From assembly GCA_963727455.1 (NCBI GenBank), contig CAVSGG010000003.1:164160-228159 (forward strand): DNA of 64,000 nt, in the 5' to 3' direction. Made by a program: the position numbers and the translations under genes. Shown in pieces: positions 28,797 to 38,797 of this stretch. The number at the start of each line of letters is the position of its first letter. The first letter of the stretch is position 1. The notes beneath the pieces are model-generated. The model was not told where the DNA came from. It did not search any database and saw nothing but the letters and a program-made list of their open reading frames with translations. Source of the DNA: Candidatus Krumholzibacteriota bacterium. Lineage in GTDB: Bacteria; Krumholzibacteriota; Krumholzibacteriia; JAJRXK01.

Positions 28797-30895
28797 TCAA
28801 GGATATTCGTAAACGATTTGCCTGGGATCGCCGGCAAATGAGGATGCAGACCAGGTTCATGGCCTACTTCGGTGTAGTGGTCGTGCTGCTCATGACCTGC
28901 GTGATTCTGCTCATGGAGACGCGGCAATCCAACACCATGCTGCGACAAACCGAGATCCGCGGCGCAGCGGTGGCGCACTCGATCGCCTCCGTGGTTCTGC
29001 AGAGCCTGTACGAGTACGATTACGTCTATCTGCAGCAGGCGGCCGAGACGGCGGCGCGCGACGAGGGCGTGGCCTACGTGATCATCCTGGACAAGGAAGG
29101 CACCGTCGCCGCCTATAGCGGTCACCCCGAACGCGTTGGCCACCCCCCGGTCGACCCCTACAGCCGGCAGGTGGAGAAGGCCAACGAGCAAGTGATCAAC
29201 CGCATCCATCGCAGACTCGACGACGGAGCGGACGCGTCGCTTTTGGACATCGCGGTTCCGGTTCGCTCTGCGCAAGGCGGAGTGAAATGGGGAACCATTC
29301 GCATCGGCCTCTCGCTCAGAGCAATGAGCGCGGAGCTCTCGCGGACTCGTACCTTGCTGGTGGCGCTGGGATTGGGCGCCATCATGATCGTCCTGATCTC
29401 GGTACGCTTCTTCTCGCGCCAGATCACGCAACCTCTGGAGCAACTCGCCAGCGCGACCGCCACGGTGGCCAGCGGGAATCTAGAGCACGCCGTGAACGAG
29501 GACATCGTGGGAGAACTGGGGGACCTCGCCCACAGTTTCAACAAGATGACCAACGATCTCAAGCGCAGCCGCGACGCCATCCGGTACCAGAACCATCATC
29601 TGGAGAACATGGTGCAGGAACGCACCGCGGCGCTGCGGGAAAAGGCGCGGGAACTGGAGCGCGCGAATACCGAGCTCAAGGAACTCGATCGCCTGAAGAG
29701 CGACTTTCTCAGCAACGTCAGCCACGAGCTCAGGACTCCTCTAACCTCGATTCGTAGCTTCACCGAGATCCTGCTCGACCGGACCGTCTCGGTCGAGGAG
29801 GAACAGAGGAGAGAATTTCTGGAGATCATCTCCAGCCAATCCGAACGCCTGACCCGCCTGATCAGCGATCTGCTCGATCTCAGCAAGATCGAGGCGGGAG
29901 AGTTCCGCTGTCATCTGCAGAGCTTGGATCTCGAAGACGTGGTTCATCCCGTCCTGGAGACCCTGCAGAGACTGGCCGAAGAGAACGACATCGAGCTGGT
30001 CAACGAGGTCGGCGACGACTCCCCTACCGTCCTCGCGGACTTCGACCGGCTCAGCCAGGTCATCACCAATCTGGTCGGCAACTCACTGAAGTTCACCGAT
30101 CCGGGCGGAACCATCACCGTCAGCGCGAAGGTCCACGGCCATCGCCGGGGCGACTCGTGGAAGGAAATGGACTTCGCGGGCATGGAGGCGGACGCTCCCG
30201 AGGCCAAGCAATATCTCATCGTCAAAGTCGAGGACACCGGTTGCGGCATCAAGCCCGAGGACCAGAAACGTATTTTCGAGAAATTCGGGCAGGTCGGCAA
30301 CGTACTCACCGACAAGCCGAAGGGGACCGGACTCGGACTCACCATTTGCGGGACGATCATCGTGCACCACGGAGGTGCGCTCTGGGTCGAGAGCGAAGAG
30401 GGCAAAGGCAGCCGCTTCTCGTTCTCGCTTCCCGTAGTGACGCACACCTTCGAGTCAGAAGATCCGGAACTGCAGGGCGATGAAGTTCGAGCGGCCGAGG
30501 AAGCTCAGTGCATTCTGGCCGACGCGGTGCAACGCAGCGCATCGGGGCCCAGACTCTTGGTGGTGGATGACGAACCCACAGTGGTGAGCGCCATTTCGCG
30601 CTTTCTGGAACCGCGGGGCTACGACAGCGTGGGCTGCTACAGCGGCGACAGCGTTTTGCACATGGCGCGTGAGATGCAACCCGACGCGATTCTCCTGGAC
30701 ATCCTCCTTCCCGACCGCAATGGTTTCGATGTACTGAAGGACTTGAAATCCTCCGGGGATACCAAGGACATCCCCGTCATTGTCGTCTCTGGGCTCGACG
30801 ACTCGAATACGGCTTACGAACTGGGCGCGGCGGAGTACGTTCGCAAGCCGTTCGACATGGTTTCACTTTTGGATAACGTGAGGGCCCTAGCATGA
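28793..30895 (+). CDS. Hybrid sensor histidine kinase (TM-periplasmic-TM-HAMP-HisKA-HATPase-REC)
   Basis: H-box FLSNVSHELRTPL, N-box NLVGNSLKF, DTGCGI, GTGLGL; receiver VVDD...LLD...KPF; GTGA overlap with the binding protein. Confidence 0.94.
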   Translation: MIKDIRKRFAWDRRQMRMQTRFMAYFGVVVVLLMTCVILLMETRQSNTMLRQTEIRGAAVAHSIASVVLQSLYEYDYVYLQQAAETAARDEGVAYVIILDKEGTVAAYSGHPERVGHPPVDPYSRQVEKANEQVINRIHRRLDDGADASLLDIAVPVRSAQGGVKWGTIRIGLSLRAMSAELSRTRTLLVALGLGAIMIVLISVRFFSRQITQPLEQLASATATVASGNLEHAVNEDIVGELGDLAHSFNKMTNDLKRSRDAIRYQNHHLENMVQERTAALREKARELERANTELKELDRLKSDFLSNVSHELRTPLTSIRSFTEILLDRTVSVEEEQRREFLEIISSQSERLTRLISDLLDLSKIEAGEFRCHLQSLDLEDVVHPVLETLQRLAEENDIELVNEVGDDSPTVLADFDRLSQVITNLVGNSLKFTDPGGTITVSAKVHGHRRGDSWKEMDFAGMEADAPEAKQYLIVKVEDTGCGIKPEDQKRIFEKFGQVGNVLTDKPKGTGLGLTICGTIIVHHGGALWVESEEGKGSRFSFSLPVVTHTFESEDPELQGDEVRAAEEAQCILADAVQRSASGPRLLVVDDEPTVVSAISRFLEPRGYDSVGCYSGDSVLHMAREMQPDAILLDILLPDRNGFDVLKDLKSSGDTKDIPVIVVSGLDDSNTAYELGAAEYVRKPFDMVSLLDNVRALA

Positions 30896-31287
30896 GCACG
30901 AACCAGGAACCTTACATTCTGGTAGCGGACGATGATGCTCTCGTCTTGAAATCCCTGCAGTTCATCTTGCAAGGAGCGGGCTATCGCGTGGTGACGGTGG
31001 CTGACGGCGCCGCCGCCTTCGAACAGCTCCACATCGAGAAACCGAGACTGGCTCTTCTGGACGTCATGATGCCGCATCTGAACGGGCTCGATCTCTGCCG
31101 GCGCATCAAGAACGACGATGCCCTGAGCGACATCACGGTCTTCCTGGTCACCGCGAGGGCCATGGCCGCCGAGCGCGAGCGCGGTCTCCAGGCCGGCGCC
31201 GACGAGTACATCACCAAGCCCTTCAGTAATCGTGACATCATCGACAAGGTGGCCGAAGTGCTTTCCCCCAGTGGAAGCGCCAAGTAG
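30892..31287 (+). CDS. Single-domain response regulator (receiver only)
   Basis: ILVADDD, LLDVMMPHLNG, VTA, YITKPF; ATGA overlap with the kinase. Confidence 0.93.
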   Translation: MSTNQEPYILVADDDALVLKSLQFILQGAGYRVVTVADGAAAFEQLHIEKPRLALLDVMMPHLNGLDLCRRIKNDDALSDITVFLVTARAMAAERERGLQAGADEYITKPFSNRDIIDKVAEVLSPSGSAK

Positions 31288-31308
31288 AGCCTCCGACCCC
31301 GCCTCGCC

Positions 31309-32100
31309 TCAAGCCTCCTGCAGTTCCTCCAGTCTCAAATCGTCGTGCTCCTCGACCTGTTTGGGGAACCGCCGCCGCCAGTAGTAGACGGCCGCGTAGA
31401 AGAACGGTGTGTCGCCCAGCGCCATCATGATCTTGAAAACCCAGCCGCTCACGATCATTTGCGGGATGCGCCCCTGAATGTCCGTTCCCACGAAAAGAAG
31501 GCACACCACCAGGGTGGTGTCCACGAGCTGGCTGCTGATGGTGGAGAAGTTGTTGCGAATCCAGAGGTGCTTCCCCCTGGTGAGGCGGCGCCAAAAGTGA
31601 AAGAGCTGGATGTCGACCAGCTGGGCGACCAAATAGGCCACCATGCTCGCGGCAACTGCACGGCTGGTCCGGCCGAAGATCTGATGGAAATAGGTATCGA
31701 CCTTCTCTGCCGGCAGTTCTTTCCCCGTCACCGCGTCCGCGCCGCTGAGGGTTCGCAGGGTCGATTGGAAAAGTCCGTTGTCCCCGGCTCGAATTCGATC
31801 CGCGAGTACCACCACGACGACCACGAAGATGCTCGCCGCCAAGCCGGCAACCACTACCTGGTTGGCCCTCTTCTTCCCGTAACACTCACTGAGGATGTCG
31901 GTGACGAGAAAGGTAATGGGGTAGGGAATGATTCCGGCCGAGAGATAAAAGAAGTTCTGGATGCCGAAGGGTTCCCATACGAAGAACTTCTGGACGATGA
32001 GATTGCAGACGACCAGAGAGGCGATGAAAACGGCGCCCAGGTAGACGTAGGCCTGTTCGTAGCGCTCCTCGATCAAGTCCAAACCGGGCCGCGCGCTCAC
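31309..32100 (-). CDS. yhhQ: Queuosine precursor transporter (YhhQ/VUT family)
   Basis: YPITFLVTDILSECYG, ASMVAYLVAQLVD, LWIRNNFSTISSQLVDT, DTPFFY. Confidence 0.88.
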   Translation of the reverse strand: MSARPGLDLIEERYEQAYVYLGAVFIASLVVCNLIVQKFFVWEPFGIQNFFYLSAGIIPYPITFLVTDILSECYGKKRANQVVVAGLAASIFVVVVVVLADRIRAGDNGLFQSTLRTLSGADAVTGKELPAEKVDTYFHQIFGRTSRAVAASMVAYLVAQLVDIQLFHFWRRLTRGKHLWIRNNFSTISSQLVDTTLVVCLLFVGTDIQGRIPQMIVSGWVFKIMMALGDTPFFYAAVYYWRRRFPKQVEEHDDLRLEELQEA

Positions 32101-32142
32101 GGAGGGTCTCCTTCCGTGAGCGCGTCATGAGATCGTACCGAA

Positions 32143-33819
32143 TCAGTCGCCGCCACTGGAACCCACCGCGTAGACGGGATCCACGTCGACCGGAATCGCC
32201 TTCAACTTGTCCAGGACCTTCTGCATGGCCGGGCTCAGATGCATGTACTTGTCGTGGAAGTTCTGGGCGGCAGCGTGATCGCCCAGCGCCTGAATCATGA
32301 GCAGATCGTGGGCGAGGTCGCGAATTCCCGCGCGGAAGTAGTCGGGTACCGGCCGGAAATGTCCGTCCTCGGTGACCTCGACCGCACCGTGTTCGATGAG
32401 ATAGTTGAGCTGCATGACCACGCCCTCACCGTGAGCCGAGCCCACGCCGAAGCGCGCGGCGCGAAAGAAGCCCGCCACCACGGTCCACGGTAGGTCGACG
32501 ACGACCTGCGAATCGAGGACGTTCTTGTCGGACAGGGCATACAGATTGTAGATCCCCACCACGTCAGCCTTGGCCTCTTCGAACGCGGAGTAGAGGTCTT
32601 TCAGCTCCAGTCTCACTTCTGTCTCGCGGCCGTCGACCGTGATTTTGCCAGGCCCCAAACCGTGTGCTAATTCGTGGAAGAGAATGAAGTTGAAATAGGA
32701 ATCAAAATTGAGATGCGAACGTTCCGCCTGCGGCAAGACGACCGAGGAGATGGGGGTGAGAACTGCGTCGTACTTGGCGCGAATGATGTTCTTCAACAGA
32801 ACTTTCTTGCTGCCTTTGGCCTCCCGCACGCGCTCGTCGTTGGGAAGATTGAACGCGAGGGTTTGAACTCCCGCGCGCGCATCCCCCGCGGTATAGATTT
32901 CGTCGGCGACACGGATGGGCGAGTCGCTACCCCGGTCCAGATTCTTGTGCTCATCGGGAATGGGCAAATTGCGCTCCAGGAACGGTAACTCCCCCTTGAA
33001 CTTGTCCAGGGCCTCGCTGTCCTTGGGGTTGGCGACACACAAGAAGGCCTCGAAGGAAGACTTGTATCCAAAGAGTCCATCCTCATAGGTCTCGTAGGGA
33101 CCGATCACGACTTCCAGATCCCCTGCAAGGTCCATCCAGTCCATGTCGCTTTGGAAGTAGTCGTCATCTTGAAAGGCCTTGGCGCGGCTGCGCAAAAACT
33201 TGGCGAGGGTCGGATCGGTGGTGAGGTCGGCGGCGAGAACGAGTTCCCGTGCCGCGGCCGCGAGTTGATCGCCGAAGGCCTGGCTGTAGGGGATCGCTAC
33301 CAGGTCTTTGTCGTGCCGCTCGATGATCGTGGTGAGACTGCGGAAGGAACTCAGATCATCGGGATGGGCCTTCACCCAGGAATTGAATTCTTCCTTCGTC
33401 ATGTCTTCGGGATAGAAACCCGCTCCCTCGGGGTGCGGAATGTGATCCACGAAGGGCTCGAAGTCCTTGAGTCGATCCCATGGTCCCCGGTTGATGCGGT
33501 AGTAGTCCTTGAACTCGGCGGCATGCGGACCTTCGTAAGCGTCCACCCTCTTCTTGAACTCGGGATTTTTCCGCCAAACCTGGAGGTCGAAAATGGAATC
33601 GATGTGTTGCGCCGCTTTCACCAAATGATCCAGCGCGGCGCGGTCTCCGCCCGAGAGGTGGGTCAAATCGGCTCCGAGCTGCAGCTGAACATACTGGGAA
33701 CGGCGAACCGCGATGTCATCGACGACTTGCAAGGGCTTTTCCTTCTGTTTCGAGCAAGCGATCCAGCTCAAACTCAGGCTGAAGAGAAACAGGGCAATCA
33801 GCGCGCGGCGCACGAACAT
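32143..33819 (-). CDS. Peptidase M49 (dipeptidyl-peptidase III-like, HEXXH type) lipoprotein
   Basis: Lipobox-like WIAC; IGPYETYED, AFNLPNDE, HELAHGLG, EEAKAD. Confidence 0.85.
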   Translation of the reverse strand: MFVRRALIALFLFSLSLSWIACSKQKEKPLQVVDDIAVRRSQYVQLQLGADLTHLSGGDRAALDHLVKAAQHIDSIFDLQVWRKNPEFKKRVDAYEGPHAAEFKDYYRINRGPWDRLKDFEPFVDHIPHPEGAGFYPEDMTKEEFNSWVKAHPDDLSSFRSLTTIIERHDKDLVAIPYSQAFGDQLAAAARELVLAADLTTDPTLAKFLRSRAKAFQDDDYFQSDMDWMDLAGDLEVVIGPYETYEDGLFGYKSSFEAFLCVANPKDSEALDKFKGELPFLERNLPIPDEHKNLDRGSDSPIRVADEIYTAGDARAGVQTLAFNLPNDERVREAKGSKKVLLKNIIRAKYDAVLTPISSVVLPQAERSHLNFDSYFNFILFHELAHGLGPGKITVDGRETEVRLELKDLYSAFEEAKADVVGIYNLYALSDKNVLDSQVVVDLPWTVVAGFFRAARFGVGSAHGEGVVMQLNYLIEHGAVEVTEDGHFRPVPDYFRAGIRDLAHDLLMIQALGDHAAAQNFHDKYMHLSPAMQKVLDKLKAIPVDVDPVYAVGSSGGD

Positions 33820-33924
33820 GGGGGGCCTCCGAACTCTCCATGGGCTTGTCACTTAGAGAAAGGGCAATGATGACGGCAAGGGCTTTTCTTGGCAAGTCAA
33901 AGCCTCTAGCTCTCTTGGTGGCGC

Positions 33925-34761
33925 TCAGCTCGGTCCAGGATAGTGGCCCGAGAGAATCGCCGCGACGAGAAACGCATCCACGATGAGGTGAACGAGGAGC
34001 ACATAGAGCAGATTTTCCGATTCTTCGAACATGCTGCCCTGCGTCCATGCGAAGACGTAGACGATGAGAGGGCCGATTCCAGTGAAGGCCATGTCGTAGA
34101 GAACGCAGGTATAGAGCACGGCCTGTACGGAGTTCGCAGTCTTGAATCCGAAGAGGCTGCGTAAGATCGCGAATGAAGTGTTCACGAAAAAGAGCTCGTC
34201 CCAGATTCCCACCGCATTGATACCCACGATGAGGCGCGCGGTCTGCTCCGCACTCTCGCTGGCGGGAAGCGACCAGTGGCTCGGCATGGAGGGATTCGCC
34301 CACCAGTAGAACTTCAGCAGGAAATAGGCGAGTGGTACCGAAACGATGACGTAGAGAATGTCGACCCAACGGAATCGCCGCGGCCACAGGGCGAAGGAAA
34401 TCACTCCGGGGTCGCATCTGCGCAGGATGAGGGCGGGCCCTACGACCACCGCGGCGAAGGGGAGTCCGACCTGCAAGAAATTGCGGTTGCTGAGCCCGGT
34501 ATTGATGTCGGCAAGAGTGAGAACGACCACGCAGCCCAAGAGCACGCCGATCCTGCGCTTCAGAGCCGCCTCCTGGTCCGTGAGGAGGAGTCCAGCGCAG
34601 ACCAGGAGGGCAGGCACCCCAATCCAATAATTCTGCACCGCGATGCAGAAGACGATGGAGGCCGCAAACGAGAGGAGTAGCGCTACACGGCGCGGACTGA
34701 GACGCAATGGGGGCGATGGCGCACTCGAGTCGAAGGAGGGTCCCATGGGGCCAGTGTTCAC
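33925..34761 (-). CDS. CPBP (CAAX/Abi-type) intramembrane metalloprotease-like protein
   Basis: Multi-TM; GIWDELFF and terminal LVHLIVD. Confidence 0.7.
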   Translation of the reverse strand: MNTGPMGPSFDSSAPSPPLRLSPRRVALLLSFAASIVFCIAVQNYWIGVPALLVCAGLLLTDQEAALKRRIGVLLGCVVVLTLADINTGLSNRNFLQVGLPFAAVVVGPALILRRCDPGVISFALWPRRFRWVDILYVIVSVPLAYFLLKFYWWANPSMPSHWSLPASESAEQTARLIVGINAVGIWDELFFVNTSFAILRSLFGFKTANSVQAVLYTCVLYDMAFTGIGPLIVYVFAWTQGSMFEESENLLYVLLVHLIVDAFLVAAILSGHYPGPS

Positions 34762-34855
34762 TCTCTGGCGCCCCGTGGCAAGCCGCAGCCATGAAGAGGA
34801 GCAGCCTCTCCACTTGTCCCTTGATCGCCAGACCTTCGTTCACCATCTTGGCCGC

Positions 34856-35677
34856 ATGCGAGTCCTGACCCAGCAAGCACCCTGTCCCGCGAGCCGTCTG
34901 CGCTGGCGCGGAATGCTCATTCCGCGAGAGCACGGCACCTGGAATCTCCTGCTCGAGCCGGTCGCCCTGGGCTGCCTGGTCGCGCCCTCCTTGCCCGGCG
35001 TACTCCTGGGACTAGCTGCTTTGGCCCTGATTCTGGCCCGCACTTCCCTGCTGCGACTCGTGTCCGCGCGGAACACCCCCTCCGTCCGGTCCTTACCCCC
35101 CCTGGCCCGCAGCTGGGCCTATGGCTGGTTGGCGGTGGCCGTGCTCAGCCTGCTGGGGGCGGTCGGACTCTCGGGGATTCGGATTCTTCTGCCGCTGGTG
35201 ATCGCGCTGCCGCTTGGAGCGTTTCAGCTGCGTTCCCAGCTCCTCCGCAACGCGCGCACCCTCAACGCTGAGCTCGCGGGGGGACTCGCGCTCTCCACTT
35301 CCACGATGATGATTGCGCTGGCCGGTGGTCTGAGTTTGGGCACGGCTGCGCTACTGTGGATTCTGCCCGCCCTGCGCGTTCTTTTGTCCATCCTCTACAT
35401 CCGCGCGCGCTTACGTTTGGGCCGCGGCGAAATGAGCGCGGTGGACGACGTGCTGGACGCGCACCTGGTGGTCCTGGTGGTTTTGGCCGGACTTGCCGTC
35501 GGAGGATGGGTGCCCGCTCTGGCGGCCGCCGCCTTCGGGGTGCTGGGAGTACGGACTCTGTACGAGCTGGTGCGCAAGCAGCGCGGAATCTCAGCGCGAC
35601 GGCTCGGCTTCATCGAAGTGAGTTTGGGGATCGTCTTCGTAGTGATGACCGCTGCAGGGTTTCGGGCTGGGTTGTAG
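34856..35677 (+). CDS. YwiC-like membrane protein
   Basis: PREHGTW signature, about 8 TM, RRLGFIE; alternative start 34913. Confidence 0.75.
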   Translation: MRVLTQQAPCPASRLRWRGMLIPREHGTWNLLLEPVALGCLVAPSLPGVLLGLAALALILARTSLLRLVSARNTPSVRSLPPLARSWAYGWLAVAVLSLLGAVGLSGIRILLPLVIALPLGAFQLRSQLLRNARTLNAELAGGLALSTSTMMIALAGGLSLGTAALLWILPALRVLLSILYIRARLRLGRGEMSAVDDVLDAHLVVLVVLAGLAVGGWVPALAAAAFGVLGVRTLYELVRKQRGISARRLGFIEVSLGIVFVVMTAAGFRAGL

Positions 35678-35691
35678 AAGACGATCCCTAG

Positions 35692-36510
35692 CTACTCCTC
35701 TTTCGCTTCCTCTTCTTCGATGGGCGCGCCCTTCCCGTGGGCGGCTGACCCCTTCTTGAGCTGACGCGCACTCCACAAGATCTGGCGGGCCAGACCGCGC
35801 ATCATGTGCGTTTCGCGCCGATAGAGTCGCGCCCGCGAAAAGATCTCCCGGTAACTGCGCATGAGCGAATCGACGGTGTGGGGATGCGCATAACCGATCT
35901 CCAAGAAGGCCGCGCGCAGGTGAGCGAAGAGCTCTTCCTGTTCCTTGGCGCAACTCAAGTGATCGGGGCGGGGTGCGCGGGTCTGTCTGGGTTTGAGCGC
36001 GGGCATCGTCGGGTCCATGCGCATCCGGGCCATCAGGAACTCGTAGCCCGTCAAGAGCACGGCCTGCGCCAGATTGTAACTGGGGTGGTCGGGAGATGAG
36101 GGAATCCATACGAGTTCCGTGCAGTGGTCCAGCTCTTTCGTCCTGAGACCCTCGCGTTCGTTGCCGAACACGAGGTGGGTATTCAGAGCTTGCGATTCGA
36201 GCGCCTCCTCCACCCACGACTCGCTAAAATCGCGAAGCATGGTGTAGCCGCGGCGCTGCCTGCGGCGAGCCGTGAAGCCGACCACGCGCCGGCCGTCGGC
36301 CACCGCTTCGCCCAGGTCCTCGAGCCGGGGGGCCTGGTGCAGGATCTCCTCGGCGCCGTGCGCGAACATCAGAGCTTCGTTCTCATCCTGGAAACTGGGC
36401 TGAACCAGGCGCAACGCGCCCATCCCGGTGTTCTTCACCGCGCGGGCGGCCGCGCCCGCGTTGCCTCCGAACATGGTGCGAACGAGAACGACGGTGCAAT
36501 GCTCGAGCAT
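35692..36510 (-). CDS. trmJ: tRNA 2'-O-methyltransferase TrmJ/LasT (SPOUT)
   Basis: GNAGAAARAVKNTG, FTARR, VFGNEREGL, SYNLAQAV. Confidence 0.85.
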   Translation of the reverse strand: MLEHCTVVLVRTMFGGNAGAAARAVKNTGMGALRLVQPSFQDENEALMFAHGAEEILHQAPRLEDLGEAVADGRRVVGFTARRRQRRGYTMLRDFSESWVEEALESQALNTHLVFGNEREGLRTKELDHCTELVWIPSSPDHPSYNLAQAVLLTGYEFLMARMRMDPTMPALKPRQTRAPRPDHLSCAKEQEELFAHLRAAFLEIGYAHPHTVDSLMRSYREIFSRARLYRRETHMMRGLARQILWSARQLKKGSAAHGKGAPIEEEEAKEE

Positions 36511-36611
36511 CGGGCTCCTCTCATCTCTCCATTGAATTCACCGGGGAAAGGATGATACGGCAAGCCGCCGCTCCCAGGAGCCACAAATCCTTCTTTTCGC
36601 AGGGGGGAGGT

Positions 36612-37892
36612 TCAGTTCGCCACGAAACCGAAGCCGGTCAAGGACCCGAAGATGCTCATTTGGGACCACGCCTGTCCCGCGCTGGTCGAGCGCTCGAAGC
36701 GTGTACTGCCGTCGGAGAGTGTGCTGCGGACGAGAGGCCCGCTGAGCGTTCCCATGACTTTCGCCTGAGGATCGTTCGCGCTCCAGGTGGAAGCGGTCTC
36801 GTCGAGAGCATAGAAGGCGCTACTCAGGGTACTGGCCGTCCGCGCGTAACCGGGATTGCGACTGAAATTGTCCCAGAGCAGTGACCAGGTTCGTCCGCGA
36901 CGCGGAGTGCACCAGCCCTCATCTTCGATCTTGGTGATCAAGTCCATCGATTCCAGATGGGTGTAGTACCAGACGGTGAGAGGAAAATCCTCCAGGGCCA
37001 CCCCTGCGAGGTGCGCCGTGAAGTCCGGCCGCCGAAGGGGACGATCACCGTTGGCCAGCTCCACGAATCCCTCTCCAAAGCGGTCCTGCAGCTCGTCGAG
37101 GAAGGCGACCTGCCACTCCTGCCAAGCGGCCAGGTCGTCCTCGTCGTCGAGAATGCCCACTCCGTCGCGATCGAAATCCGCTTGCTGCGTATCCGGATCC
37201 TCGGGGCGAGGCCAGATGTAGGCGTTGATGGATACGTTGTCGTGGAAGATCCCGTCGATCGCCCCGGGATATTCGTTGGCGTAGTGCGCGATGATGTCCA
37301 CCTGGGCCAGCATGAGTGAGCGGTTGTAGACCATCCCACTGCGCCATGGATTTACCATCGGCGCGTTGTCCCACTTGGTGGCGACTTCCCCGTCGGTACG
37401 GTAGGCGGTGTAGCGCGAGAGAAGGTCGTAAAGATCCGCTCCGAGGGGGAAGCGCACGCGGTGCTGCGCCCCATTCCAGCCCTCGTAGTAGGCCTCCATG
37501 TCCAAGAGTCCCAGGATGACGATGTCGGGATTGAAGCCGCGGATCTTCGCCAGCGGCGCTTGCGCCTCCGGGGAAAGTAGCAGCCGCAACTGGAAGGCGG
37601 CCAGGGAGGACGCGGCGATGTCCCGCAGCTGGTCGTCGGTATAAAAGGCCAGATTCAGGGTGCGATCGATCCAGGCCTGGGCGGGATAGGCCACCTGTGG
37701 CACCGGAGCGGAGCTGACCTTGGGAGGCATCACCGGAACGTAGTCCCCACTGTCCGGGCCCAGGGGAGCGAGAGGAGAATCGCCCCCGCTCTGGCAGCCC
37801 GCCGACAGGACCAGTCCGAGGAAGAACCCCACGAAGAGGATCCAGCGGTTCAGCAGGGAGTCCATAGCAGAATGCAAACGGAGCTTCTTCAT
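36612..37892 (-). CDS. Hypothetical lipoprotein, possible TIM-barrel glycoside-hydrolase-like domain
   Basis: Lipobox SAGC; KIRGFNPDIVIL, IDGIFHDN, LANG, GVALEDF resemble putative GH TIM barrels. Confidence 0.55.
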   Translation of the reverse strand: MKKLRLHSAMDSLLNRWILFVGFFLGLVLSAGCQSGGDSPLAPLGPDSGDYVPVMPPKVSSAPVPQVAYPAQAWIDRTLNLAFYTDDQLRDIAASSLAAFQLRLLLSPEAQAPLAKIRGFNPDIVILGLLDMEAYYEGWNGAQHRVRFPLGADLYDLLSRYTAYRTDGEVATKWDNAPMVNPWRSGMVYNRSLMLAQVDIIAHYANEYPGAIDGIFHDNVSINAYIWPRPEDPDTQQADFDRDGVGILDDEDDLAAWQEWQVAFLDELQDRFGEGFVELANGDRPLRRPDFTAHLAGVALEDFPLTVWYYTHLESMDLITKIEDEGWCTPRRGRTWSLLWDNFSRNPGYARTASTLSSAFYALDETASTWSANDPQAKVMGTLSGPLVRSTLSDGSTRFERSTSAGQAWSQMSIFGSLTGFGFVAN

Positions 37893-38041
37893 GAGCTTCC
37901 GCGCGGGGCATGCCGGGACACGATGAGAAAGCACGCGCTCTCTTCAAGACACGTCCGCCGCGCTCAGTCTGGAAATGCAGGGAGCAGGCCAAGGCCTCGA
38001 CCGCGAAGATGATGAAAGCGGGGAATTGGAAGCTGCGCGCC

Positions 38042-38797
38042 TCAGCGCGGGGCGGGATCCGATCCAGCGCGCGCATGGCTCTGGCGCAGCAGCTCGCCGA
38101 TCACCATTGCCATGGCGGCCTGGAGGTTGTAGGAGGGGATGAATCCCTCCATCGGTAGCCGCAGGATTTCATCCGCCCGATCCAGTACCGAGCTTTTGAC
38201 GCCGCGCTCCTCAGCACCCACCACGAAGAGCGAAGCCGGATCGAGCTCGCACTCCCAGGGAGTGCGGGTTCCACAGTCCTCTACCACCACGATGCGGCGT
38301 CCCGCGGCTTCGGCCAGGGCGCAGGCCTCTTCGGCGCCGGTCCACAGAACCGGCATGAAGCGCCCCGCGTACATCGAGGCCCGCAGGGCTGCGCGCCTGG
38401 CCCTCCCGTCGAACTCGGTATCGAGCACAATCCCCGCCGCTCCGGAGACTTCCGCGCAGCGAATGGCGTATCCGGCGTTGCCGGGATAGCTGATGCCACT
38501 CAGGAGCCACACGGGGAACTTCGACGCCATCCACTCGGCCACCGGGGCGGCGGGATCGGGGCCGCTGAGTGCCAGCATCGCGGGTTCGCCGTCGGATTTT
38601 TGCATCCGCCTCAAGTCATTGCGGCTCGCGCCACGAATCTTTACCCCCGCGCGCTCGAGCCGGTGCAGCAACGCGCTCGCTTTCTCGTCGAGAGCATCGC
38701 GACGAATCAAGACGAGACGAAGGGGGATACCTTCGTCGAGAGCACTCCTCAACTCGTCGTAACCGGCGAATTGTCTGCGAAGCCGCACCGGCGTCAC
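38042..38797 (-). CDS. TrmH/SpoU-family RNA methyltransferase
   Basis: PGNAGYAIRCAE, VGAEERGV, LPMEG..PSYNL; GTGA overlap with the upstream gene. Confidence 0.85.
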   Translation of the reverse strand: MTPVRLRRQFAGYDELRSALDEGIPLRLVLIRRDALDEKASALLHRLERAGVKIRGASRNDLRRMQKSDGEPAMLALSGPDPAAPVAEWMASKFPVWLLSGISYPGNAGYAIRCAEVSGAAGIVLDTEFDGRARRAALRASMYAGRFMPVLWTGAEEACALAEAAGRRIVVVEDCGTRTPWECELDPASLFVVGAEERGVKSSVLDRADEILRLPMEGFIPSYNLQAAMAMVIGELLRQSHARAGSDPAPR

